Origin: an uncultured virus (IMG/VR IMGVR_UViG_2822699256_000006)
Taxonomy: Duplodnaviria > Heunggongvirae > Uroviricota > Caudoviricetes
Reading direction: 5' to 3' (one strand)
DNA: 44,279 bases
IMG/VR virus record: IMGVR_UViG_2822699256_000006
Of the stretch, positions 10,094 to 20,600 are shown one piece after another; position 1 is the stretch's first letter; each line of letters opens with the position of its first letter. The notes beneath the pieces are model-generated. The model saw only the letters and a list, made by a program, of their open reading frames with translations. It was not told the DNA's origin and ran no database searches. Position numbers and translations under genes: made by a program.

Positions 10094-10128
10094 TAAAGAA
10101 AGGCGACCATTCAAAGAATGAATCGCCT
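10094..10128 (-). terminator. Probable intrinsic terminator after the 401-aa gene
   Basis: Minus strand AGGCGATTCATTC-TTT-GAATGGTCGCCT stem followed by TTCTTTAT. Confidence 0.55.
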
Positions 10129-11332
10129 ATATTATTTCTATCTTTGCAATCGACTTATATTTTGAACGATTAATTGGAATTGCAAATAACTTCCCATCTG
10201 TGTACGATTCATTCTTAGTGCCATCTATTTTATAAACGGTATTTACTTTTACGTCAGAACCTACAGACGATAAGAATTCATTTAATACTAGTTTTGTTTC
10301 TGGATTTGTCTGGTCGAATTCAAATACCTTCTTATCCCCAACTTGTGCACCGCCACTAATTGTTGCACGGAACTTCAAAAATCTTTTTTGTGGAAGACTA
10401 TTTGGATCAAGGAATGTATATGGAGAAAATGTAATACCATCATCAGAAGTGCTCACTTCTATTTTGGTATAAGCTAAGTTATCATTATATGAACTTCCTA
10501 GCTTTTTAATTGGTGTTGGTGGAGTTGGAACTACACCATTATTATAAAGTTTTGCCGCTTTTAATACTGTCGGCATATCAAGTGTCGTATAAAAGATACC
10601 AATTATAGTTCCACCGTAAGTTATGTTATCCCAATAGTCCATAACGTTTCTTGCAATTAACTCTGTGTCCTTGTATAAGTCATTGGAAACTGTTAGATAT
10701 ATAGATCCACTTCCTAATTTTTTGACTGACTTTACACCATACGAAATTCTACTAAAACTAGAATTTGGTGATGTACTCCCATATAAAGTCCCACTAGCAT
10801 CAATATACATATATCCTTTGCTGCTGCCATTTGCACCAGCTACAGCAACATCTTGCACAACTCCTATATCAACAAAACCTGCATTAGGACTTGAACCCCA
10901 ACTTGTATATGTTGAAAAATACCCTCGTCCATCTAACGATTTATATGCAATTTGATTATTTGCGGATACAGCATAATCCACATTTGATGCTATCTGTCTT
11001 TTATAAGGACCAGTTGTATCTACTATCCAAAGTGTATTGTCATTTTTAACATAGACCAACTTGCTTTCCTCAGATGAATCCGCCTGTTTTACATTTGTAT
11101 CTATAAGGATTGGCGTTTTACTTGCTCTCCAAATATATAAATTATCATACATATCAATATATCCATCACAGGCATTGTTATAATCCTCATTACTAATGAC
11201 AGCACTCTTTACATTTGAAGCAGCTTTTGTCCATTGGTTCTGTGGAAATGTATGCGAAGTATCACTGGAGGAATTACCAGCAATTACATACATATCATTG
11301 TTTACATCTACATACCCAAAGAAAAAAGACAT
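10127..11332 (-). CDS. Beta-propeller-like (RCC1-reminiscent) fibre/baseplate protein
   Basis: Repeated 'IA.NV(K/D)...' and 'YID..G.LY' units; C-terminal 'IEVSTSDDG..FSPY...RFLKFRATI' strand module. Confidence 0.5.
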   Translation of the reverse strand: MSFFFGYVDVNNDMYVIAGNSSSDTSHTFPQNQWTKAASNVKSAVISNEDYNNACDGYIDMYDNLYIWRASKTPILIDTNVKQADSSEESKLVYVKNDNTLWIVDTTGPYKRQIASNVDYAVSANNQIAYKSLDGRGYFSTYTSWGSSPNAGFVDIGVVQDVAVAGANGSSKGYMYIDASGTLYGSTSPNSSFSRISYGVKSVKKLGSGSIYLTVSNDLYKDTELIARNVMDYWDNITYGGTIIGIFYTTLDMPTVLKAAKLYNNGVVPTPPTPIKKLGSSYNDNLAYTKIEVSTSDDGITFSPYTFLDPNSLPQKRFLKFRATISGGAQVGDKKVFEFDQTNPETKLVLNEFLSSVGSDVKVNTVYKIDGTKNESYTDGKLFAIPINRSKYKSIAKIEII

Positions 11333-11347
11333 ATGATTACCCCTTTC

Positions 11348-11686
11348 TTATTTAATTTTCATTTCAATGTTTGTTATTTTTTGCATACCACTTCCTAAGT
11401 CTATTACTTCAGACTCCCATACTCCTGACCCCACAAATGCTTGTGGTCCAATTTGACGAAGTTGAATGCTACCGTCTTTGAACTCTGCATCATTAAATTG
11501 ACCCTTATTTAAATCTACTTCATATATTTCTTTTGCTTGTAGGTTTGATGCTTGTGCTTCTATCCAATCTAGCCTTTCATCAACAGAGTTAAATCGACCT
11601 TCTGCTCCTTTTCCTACCACCATTTCATTGAGCTGCTTAATATCCTGAAAGACTTTGCTTGCTTTGCTGAAAGAAATAATCTCCAT
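11348..11686 (-). CDS. Small fibre-anchor protein
   Basis: N-terminus MEIISFSKA...EGRFNSVDERLD resembles the N-termini of the 359- and 472-aa proteins; ends with GVWESEVIDLG. Confidence 0.6.
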   Translation of the reverse strand: MEIISFSKASKVFQDIKQLNEMVVGKGAEGRFNSVDERLDWIEAQASNLQAKEIYEVDLNKGQFNDAEFKDGSIQLRQIGPQAFVGSGVWESEVIDLGSGMQKITNIEMKIK

Positions 11687-11697
11687 CTTATTCCCTC

Positions 11698-12474
11698 CTA
11701 TAGTACAATCACTGTAATAGATGTACCAACAGATTCATTTTTACTTGTATCTACTGCTTTAAGTGTAAATGTATGTTCTCCATTTGAAATGCCATTCAAT
11801 ACAATGGATGCACGTTTTGTGGTATCTAGTGGTGTCTTAATATTATCGATATAAACATTAATCATATCTAAGTCAGCATCTACAGGATTCACCCACTCCA
11901 GATTTACAACTCCTTGAGATGGAGAACTGCCAACTAACCCTTTTATATCTGCAGGTGCCGTTACGTCTACCTCTGTTCTAGTTTTAATACCTGTGATATT
12001 TCCTTTAGGATCATAAGAGTAAGTTTTTGTTACAGTAACTTTCTGTCCTTTATTATTTGCAAATGTTTGAACTGATTTACTTAATTCACCCGCTGCTAAA
12101 TCTTGATAAGAATATTCTACTATCATTTCTTTATCGCCTGTTGTAGTGTGACGTATAATGTTTCCATATTGCTCATCATACTCAAATTTCTCATCATAGT
12201 TTCCAGAGTCTGTAGTGCCTTTCAAAATTGCAGCTTCTAAATCTCGTTTCAAGTTCTCAATACGTTGAATTGTTAATATCCCACCGTTTTCATAACCACG
12301 GATTAAATCATCCACAACAGCTTTTGTATTATCATCAAATAAATCACTATTGATATGCGTAAATCGATCAAAGACGGTATCATAGACACCCATTAGTTTA
12401 ATAATGTCATTAATAATTTCTATTAAACTATCTTCTAGGTCATACTTTTGTATTTTTGTTGACGTTTTATTCAA
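11698..12474 (-). CDS. Baseplate/fibre-attachment protein with YD-like hairpins and C-terminal FN3
   Basis: FEYDEQYGNI and YSYDPKGNI motifs; DVTAPADI...VNLEW.NP.D.DL...FTLKAVDTSKNES FN3. TTG start with GAGGAGG. Confidence 0.6.
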   Translation of the reverse strand: MNKTSTKIQKYDLEDSLIEIINDIIKLMGVYDTVFDRFTHINSDLFDDNTKAVVDDLIRGYENGGILTIQRIENLKRDLEAAILKGTTDSGNYDEKFEYDEQYGNIIRHTTTGDKEMIVEYSYQDLAAGELSKSVQTFANNKGQKVTVTKTYSYDPKGNITGIKTRTEVDVTAPADIKGLVGSSPSQGVVNLEWVNPVDADLDMINVYIDNIKTPLDTTKRASIVLNGISNGEHTFTLKAVDTSKNESVGTSITVIVL

Positions 12475-12553
12475 AATTTTTCCTCCTCATCTGCTATAGA
12501 GTTCATATTTTTATGATAGCATATGCATCTGTTCAAGTCGTTTAAGGTCTAGT

Positions 12554-13423
12554 CTAAATAGCTTTTATGTTTTGAGGTATGATTCGTTCATCTTCTAGAA
12601 TCTTATGATTTGTTAAAAGAACCGGCTCATTGTTTAGATATAGTTTTAATATCTCGAAATCAACTATTTTATCATTTATGTTCATGATTTCTTGCACTAA
12701 ATCGTTATATATAAAGCCCTGTCCCATTTCAAATTTACCAAAGTATTCTTGAAGTTTATTCTGTGTTTCAAAGGATATATATGATTTTTGTTGGGCGCTT
12801 GTTGATTCATGAAAAGCGAGTTGTACCGTTATATCTATTGGAATTTCAAGTGGCGTAATAATATTAGGACGATTACCAAAAGCTTTTACTTTCAATATCT
12901 GTTCTTCCACATTGTGAAGCACTTCTTCTTTTTCATATCCATACTCAGGTATCACAATGAAACTAAAGCTTCCCGTTCCGTGGGTATATTCTTTGCCAAT
13001 TACATCTCTTACGCCATTCACTGTTAAGCAAGCCAATCTAAGCGCTGTATGATTTGCAGTAGCTGATGCAGGAACGATTTGTATTAATTCAGCACGATAC
13101 ATATCATCATCAATTAATTTTTCCGTTAATACTCCGTCTGACCCACGTACTTGATGGATTCTTCTTTTATAACTAAATAATCCTCCAATTAAATCTAAAT
13201 GTTCATTTACAGCCTTACTAATAACCCCTTGGTCTAACACATCTTGAGCAAAATCATATAACGATACTCTTTTTGGATCATCACCTGGGCCAATCTCAGG
13301 AGCAATTGCTTCTGTAATAGAGCGGGCAATACTTCCTGCTGAGAAATTAGTAATAGGTGTATTCTCAGATATAGAAACACAAGCATCTCTTATAATTTCT
13401 TGCGCACTACGTTTTAATAACAT
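12554..13423 (-). CDS. Baseplate wedge protein, P2 gpJ/T4 gp6-like (short form)
   Basis: ITNFSAGSIARSITEAIA, HLDLIG, DDDMYRAEL, ALRLACLTVNGVRDV motifs typical of Baseplate_J; located downstream of the gp25-like gene. Confidence 0.8.
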   Translation of the reverse strand: MLLKRSAQEIIRDACVSISENTPITNFSAGSIARSITEAIAPEIGPGDDPKRVSLYDFAQDVLDQGVISKAVNEHLDLIGGLFSYKRRIHQVRGSDGVLTEKLIDDDMYRAELIQIVPASATANHTALRLACLTVNGVRDVIGKEYTHGTGSFSFIVIPEYGYEKEEVLHNVEEQILKVKAFGNRPNIITPLEIPIDITVQLAFHESTSAQQKSYISFETQNKLQEYFGKFEMGQGFIYNDLVQEIMNINDKIVDFEILKLYLNNEPVLLTNHKILEDERIIPQNIKAI

Positions 13424-13435
13424 AATGAAACCCTC

Positions 13436-13837
13436 CTATAATTCTAGTGGCTGCTTAACAACTACTTTTCCTTTTTTGTCTGTACTTAATATGGCAAAGA
13501 ACTCTATTGCTTCTATGCTAGTAGGAACAGCTCTAACATCTATATCTGCAACCTGAAATCGACCATCGGCCGTTAATGTTTGATAAATTTGCTCTACACC
13601 TCTCAAGCCTGTTTCTCTGGTGTTTGGCTCTCCTTCTAGCAGTTCTAAATCGGCACCTATCCATTTATGAGATCGCCATTCTCCTTTTTGGGAATGCATA
13701 CGATTCGTAATGTCCTGTCTAGCAGATTCATATTGTTCTGTAAGTGCGAAATCACCTGATTCATTAACCATGTAATCTCCTTCGATTTCATTTTTAGTAT
13801 CATAAAAACGAATATCAGATTCATTATAGTTCCTCAT
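13436..13837 (-). CDS. Baseplate wedge/sheath initiator, gp25/gpW-like
   Basis: GDFAL...QDI.NR....KGEW..H..IGADLE.L.G pattern; size and position fit. Confidence 0.7.
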   Translation of the reverse strand: MRNYNESDIRFYDTKNEIEGDYMVNESGDFALTEQYESARQDITNRMHSQKGEWRSHKWIGADLELLEGEPNTRETGLRGVEQIYQTLTADGRFQVADIDVRAVPTSIEAIEFFAILSTDKKGKVVVKQPLEL

Positions 13838-13839
13838 CT

Positions 13840-14196
13840 CTAACTCCTGCTTTCGATTTTATTGTTTGGCTGTAATAAATCATGCACATCTTTTAGTTCA
13901 TCTTTTAGATATGAATTTGCTTTCATGTCAGTATGCTTTTGGAGGTTTTGTGTAAAAACGTGCACGCTTGGAGCAAACACCATAAGTGCCTGCTTTTTTC
14001 TACTAAAACGAAATCCCAATCCATAATCAGCATATCCCTCTAAATCTCCATTTTCTCTAGCCAATATGCCAGCACCACTAATAGAATTAATTACACCCAC
14101 ATCATTCTCTTTCGCTTCCGTTGCTGTTTCTGTGAGAAAGTCAATATCCTCTGTTACCTTTAGATCTAGATTTGTTAGCTTTTGTTTCCAACTCAC
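13840..14196 (-). CDS. Hypothetical baseplate protein (possibly spike C-terminal part)
   Basis: GTG start overlapping the upstream stop (GTGA); lies between the spike-like and gp25-like genes. Confidence 0.5.
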   Translation of the reverse strand: MSWKQKLTNLDLKVTEDIDFLTETATEAKENDVGVINSISGAGILARENGDLEGYADYGLGFRFSRKKQALMVFAPSVHVFTQNLQKHTDMKANSYLKDELKDVHDLLQPNNKIESRS

Positions 14197-14648
14197 ATTA
14201 ATCCGCCCCCTGGTAATAAGTCATCAAAAAAGCCAGCAACACGTATTTTTAAATTGTTCCAAAATAATTCTAATTGATCTGGTTCCCTATAATAGGCTGT
14301 AGCTATTGGCATGCTTGGATCCCCATTAATGAATTGGATCCATACTCGGTCATTCTTTACAAACCCTTTATCAATAACTCCCTGTGAATAAACAAAACAA
14401 GGGACGGCACACAAGTGCTGAATTTTATTTCCTTGCAAAACATCTACATCAACTGTATGTCGTTCCCATACTTCTATTTTTCCACCCTTATGTCTACTGC
14501 AATTACAAATACCTCCCTCTGTTTTTGTACCTGTATTAGGGTGATAATCAGTCACTTTCCCAATAAGACCATAAGAGCGTCGTTCTGACGCTCTATCTGC
14601 TCCTTCATCTTGTAAATCTTTTCTTATCTGGCTTGATTCTACCCCCAC
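14193..14648 (-). CDS. Spike/gpV-like OB-fold protein
   Basis: GKVTDYH...TVDV...VP...NDRVWIQFINGDPSMPIAT resembles the gp5/gpV N-terminal OB fold; directly follows the hub gene. Confidence 0.6.
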   Translation of the reverse strand: MGVESSQIRKDLQDEGADRASERRSYGLIGKVTDYHPNTGTKTEGGICNCSRHKGGKIEVWERHTVDVDVLQGNKIQHLCAVPCFVYSQGVIDKGFVKNDRVWIQFINGDPSMPIATAYYREPDQLELFWNNLKIRVAGFFDDLLPGGGLM

Positions 14649-14663
14649 AACAAATACCTCCTT

Positions 14664-17600
14664 TTATTTTCTGCACAATGGATATGAGCAATGCAAGTGA
14701 TTCCAATGTCCTTTAGGGTCATATTGCATTGCACCGTCTCCGTATTTACCATTCATTTCTTGAATAATGTCCCAATCACCGAACACTAACCCTCTAAAGC
14801 CAGCTTTCAAACAACACTCTACAAGCTTTCTAGCCTTCTCTTTATCAGTTCCATTTGGGAATCTCATTTTCCCATTAATAACTCTCATTGTATTTGGAGT
14901 ATCAAGATCAGCAGCCCAACCAGTACCGTGCCACTGATTATCACCTGGTCGCCATCCACTCGTAATATTAAAACTATCTCCTGTGGCAGCCTTGTATAAC
15001 TTAGCAACTTCAATTAATAGCTCTGCTGTTCCCTTTCGAACTTTACTAGTACCGCCACCGCCAACAATTGTTAAACCAAAATTACGACCAGCTAATCCAT
15101 GTAAATCAATCAAATCAGGAGCGCCACCACTGCCTATGTGATATTTACTTTTTCCTTCTCTTCCTGTTGCAACTGGACATGAACTTGCACCACCGGAGCC
15201 TTCTCCAACTGCTCCGCCACCTTTACATGCACCAGCAGGCAAATTACCATCATAGTAACGTAAAACTCGTTCTACATATTTAGAATCACCGTATCCTGGT
15301 GGAATCCTTGAAATTCTACCTACTTTTTTAACCATAGATTCTGAGAAACTATAGGCTAATTCATATGTGTATTTTCCACCTCTGCTCATACAGTAATCAA
15401 TAAATCCACCGCCGAAGTTGTAAGATTGTAACACTAGTTTGATATCACCTTTTGCTCTTGCAAGCTGATTCTTGAAATGCGTTACACCTTGTTTAATACT
15501 AGCATTTACATCTTTAATATATCCAATTGGTTTTCCCATAGATTCGGAGGATTGCATAACATCAGGTAGTTTGTGATAATTACCGCCTGACTCCTGCATA
15601 GTTAAAGACTTTAATATCTCTGCATATGATCCGATTCCTTGTGCTTTTGCTTCAGCTTCAATCTTAGGACCAATTACATCAAAGTACTTTGAAAGACCTT
15701 TTGCTTTACCGTCTGTTGGCACATCACCTTCAGGAACACAAGTGCCATCATCTTTGTTTCCGAAGAAGGATGTAACTTTATCCCACAGGTCTTTAAACCA
15801 ACCAGTTATCTTATTCTTTATTTTATTTTTCCAATCTTCCCAAGTTGTCTTTTCTTCTTCATAAGCTGCTTTTGTTTCCCTTTTTCCTAATAACTCTAAT
15901 CTCTTATTAATTTGTTCTAAAGCTGCTTTACGATCTTTATCATAAAGCTCAGCAATCTTTTCAAGAGTGGGTATTTGTTTTCTGAATGCATTATAAAAAC
16001 TACTTGCCATTTTATTTAAATCAATTGGCTGTTCTGTAGGACCATCCGATTTCATTCCCATTTGATCCTCAATGTCATCATTTCTAAATTGCCAAGCGTC
16101 CACGCCAATAAATCCTAGAATGAATGCAGAAACATCATTTGTCATAAGTCTCTTCCAGATATCAGGCGCATCTCCAACAACAGAACCCTTATGTCCATTT
16201 ATACCTGCAGTATATTCTAATCCGCTCTTATGCAGTGGAGATATTAAACATGCTTGTCTCATAAATAACCATCTCTCAATAAATTCTCCTATTGTTGAAG
16301 AAATAATATGGACTCCTAATGCTTCTATGGCTAATCCTAACCAGCCGACTGGTCCAGCCATTATATGAGCACCTGTCCAAAGAGCAGTTACTACACCACG
16401 ACCACCTTTTAACACTTTACCTATAGATTTAGAACCTTTTGCAATTAGAGTACTTCCTTTTGCTTTCATCTTTACATTTTTAAAACTGTTATAGCCAAAC
16501 TCTTTAGAATTCTGGAATATATTCTTTAGATTATTTGTACCTTCTTCTCCTGTTAACTTAGCAAGCTGTTCAAGTAATCCATTCTTAGACCACCTTGCAA
16601 TATCTTTGGAGGATATGCCACCTTTTCTTAATTCATCAGCGGCAGCTATCTCTTTACCATTTGGTGCTTTGCCACCAGTTACCTTATCCTGAAACTTTTG
16701 ACCTAGCTTGCTCGTATTAAATCGCTCTTTCATTTTGTCGAATCGATTTTTTGTAGAAGACCATAAAGCATTCATAATTGGTAAATGTCCTGCATATTTA
16801 GATGTTCTTAATTTTTTACGTAATGTATGTGTGATTAATGCACTTCCCGCTAATGCTTGTGCGCTTGCGAGTAATGTCATGGCACGACGATCTGTGTTTA
16901 CAACTACTACATCTGGTTTGATTAAAGTAACATAACCTTGCTCATGATTCATGATTTGAGTCACTTCTTTTACTTCTGCTGGTCCAGCCATAGAATTAAA
17001 TTCATCATTAATCCACATTTGATCAAATGGCTTTACAGACGGATCACCCATAACTGTTAAATAACCATCATACATATCTTTTACGTAATCTCTTAAACCT
17101 GCTGCTGTTATTTTTACAGCAACACCTTCATCGTAATACCACTTAGGTAGCTTATTTAGTAACCCACCAATTAGAGGGATATTTTGTATCATGCGAACCC
17201 CTTGCGCATTCATTGTTGTATCAATGTTTACAACTCTTTGTTTTTCAGGCCAAATATTTGTATCAACAAACACTGGAGAGGTAGTATCCATCTCCCCTTC
17301 ATTCATATATACACCAACAGCTACTGTATACATATTATCTTCAGTAGTCTCAATTGAATTATCAATAATACTTGTTGCACTATCATAAACATGAAATTGT
17401 CTAAATGGTTTTAGTGCTGTCCCTTTTACTTCTTCACCATCTACAACATAATCATAATGCAATGGGAAGTACGGTTTTCCGGAGAATATAGTATTTCTAA
17501 AACCGAATGGATGAACGGCTACGATATGATCATCACCAACAGCTGCACATATATTTAATACGTCCCAGACGGTCTTATCGAATAATCCAATATTAATGCC

Positions 17601-20600
17601 AGGCTCATCTGCTTGTCCGATGCCAAATGCATCCTTAACTTTATTCCACCAACCATCATGCTCTTCGTTTGTTAATCCTGTGGTTTGATAGATATTCATA
17701 TTAATTTCCCCAACAGTTCGACTATCTTTACCAAACGTTGCTCCGCCAATAAATCCTCCGGCAACACCGCCGATAGCCGCTCCAATTGGTCCTCCAATTA
17801 GAAAACCTCCAGATGCCCCTACTGCTGCTCCACCAAAGAATCCTCCAAGTTCGCCCCATCCTTGTGGAGCTTGCTGATGTCCAAAATGCATGATGCCTAA
17901 ACTATGTTCTTGGAATTCATCATTAGATAATCCTGCCCAAAGATTAGCGAAAAATCCTTTTGAATCGGTTAATAATTCATCTACAATTTCTGTTGGTTCT
18001 TGCTTAGAGAATAAAAATCCTCCATCCGTAGTTTCATTCACATCTGCTCTAATTTTATTAGTTAATTCAATTCCATCGTCCTGCGCAATCACAGTAAGAG
18101 AAATCCCATTATTTTGAATAGATGTTATTGTTCCATTCATGATTGTAGGCATACTCATAGGGTTTGATCCGTATCCCATTCTAAAATGAATACGTGTTCC
18201 AGTGCGTAACATAATACTTTTATAATAGTTTGCGTTCCTATGTCTTGAGCGCTCCGCTTCTTTAGCAACTGCACCAGGCATTGTTAGCATCTTAAAGACT
18301 TCACCCATACCTGTATTTGTTAAGTCCATATCTTTTTCAGCATCATCTAATGTTCCGTAAATATTACACATCTCTATCGCTAATGTACTAGACGCTTCTT
18401 TTCTGCTATTGGTATAAGTAATATCCATAACAGCTTGATAGTTAAAGAATTGATCAGACATTTTAACAGTCCCCATATATTTACCTTCATCAATAAATGT
18501 AAGGAAAAATGTTGGGAACGCTCTTACTAAACGTCCACGCATATCATATTTCACCATGTCATGTAACATACCTGTATGTATGCGGTTATCGTCTGTGAAA
18601 TCACTTTCTTTCATATTTTGTTCTGGTCTTTTTGCATTTGGACCTGTGGTTTTAAAATCTTTCACAGGTAAACCTTTTGTTTTTTCTTTAATGGTTTGAT
18701 TAGACCATTCTTGGTTATTAGAAGATGAATTTAACACTTTATTAATAATGTCGATAACTTCTCTAGGTGGTTGCTTATTATCTTTTAATAAGTCTACATA
18801 TTCTCGATCATAACCAAGATATAGCATAACTACCCCAGCAAAGCGTGCCTTTTGTTGATCCCAATTATTATTGGCATTCAATCCAAAACAAGAATATACA
18901 TTTTCTTCGTGGTACACTTTTTTATCACTCGTATTTGATTTAGCGAGCATTTGAGTTAGTTCCGTGTAGTATTGAGACATTTTACGTACACCTTGTTCAA
19001 CATTATATTCAATATTTTTACCAAGTAAATTTACATTGGAGCCATACATCTTTCTGACTTTCATTATTCCAATGTATTCTCCATCTATAGAGCCGTCGTT
19101 ATTTACATAGTATTTAAAGTTTTTATTCATCATAGTAGGAGAACTTGTTTTGCTATTTACAACCTTATCTTGCTTTGTATTTGTTCCCACATCATAGAAT
19201 TGTTTTAATTCAGAATCCAGAGCTTTAGCAAATGCAACTGTAAGGTTTTGATTAATATTAAACTGTTGTGATTTTTCTCTAATAAGAGCTTCTGCTTGAG
19301 CCACAGAAAGGTTATTTTTATCAATAAGCTCTTCTGGAATAGCACTATAACTAACTTTATTTTTACCTACTGCATCCTCATAGTCTTTTCTACTATTCTT
19401 TAATTCTTCAGATGTAATGTCATTTATATTCTCAATATTACCACCGTTAATGCTTGCTTCTCCGCCTTTACCATCCCTCAATACTGTTTGATAATTTTGT
19501 TGCGCTGCATTAACCAAGTCCTCAAAGAATAATGTTCCCTTTTTGTATTTAATAAAAAAGTCAGGATCAACAAATACACCATTATTATAGTTTTCCACTT
19601 TAAAGCCAGCTTCCTCAACTTCACCATAAGTAGGGAGTTCTAAGTCAGGATATACTTCCGCCGCTGCAAAGAACTTTCGTATGCCTTCCTCATAGACCGC
19701 TTGTTTTACTGCATCTGCTTGAATATTAGAGCCACCAAGGAAGGATTTTAATCCAGTCCATGCTTCTTTCAGTGCTGGTCTATCACCAATAAATTGAGCC
19801 CATCTGTTTAATGGATTATCACCTATTCCGTCTTCAAACATAGTAGCTGGATTTAAGCTTGTTAAAAGACTCAAGGCTCCTTGATTTTCATACTGATTGA
19901 TATCCCATTTTGCAGTTTCGGACAGCCATTTAACTTCATTCATTTTACGTTCTGCTCGGTTATATGCAATCATTGTTAAAGTTACTTCAAATGCTCCTGG
20001 CATGCCTTGAACAGTATTTGTTTGCATGTCTTCAATTGTTACATTTTTTATACCAAACAATCGTGCGAGTTGACTATCAAACTCTAGAAAGCCATTTGCC
20101 ATTTGCTTATGATATGTACGAATTAGATAAGAGGATCTTCGTATTAATGACTCTAAACTTGCTATAGACTCCATATCGTGAGTAGTAAACCTTGCCATGA
20201 TTATTGTATCTTGAGAACCCATATACTGATGAGTGGGAGATTCATCATGTTGTAATTGAACTGAAGTAATTGTATTTTCAAACCCTACAGATAAGTCCGT
20301 TAGTGTTAAGTTAGGGATATCCCACTCTTCATAGCCCACATCATATTCAAACATAGCTTTTTCATAAGTAGCATCTAAATCTTTGTTGAATTGCTTCTCT
20401 AGTTCTTCTGCGCCCCAAAAATCTTCTTTCTTTCCTTCAACATATTTTTTAAGCATTTTTTTCTTATCAGTGCTCCATTTTTTCATATAAACTAAATCAT
20501 CTTCAGCAGCTATTCTAAATTTAAAATTATGATCTAATTCTTTATATAATGGCTCATAATAAGTACGAAATGACTTGGCATTCTGAGGATTTAAGTTTCT

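Noticed and set aside
11990..12200. Rhs toxin
   Set aside because: Only two YD-like hairpins, with no Rhs core or toxin/immunity pair.
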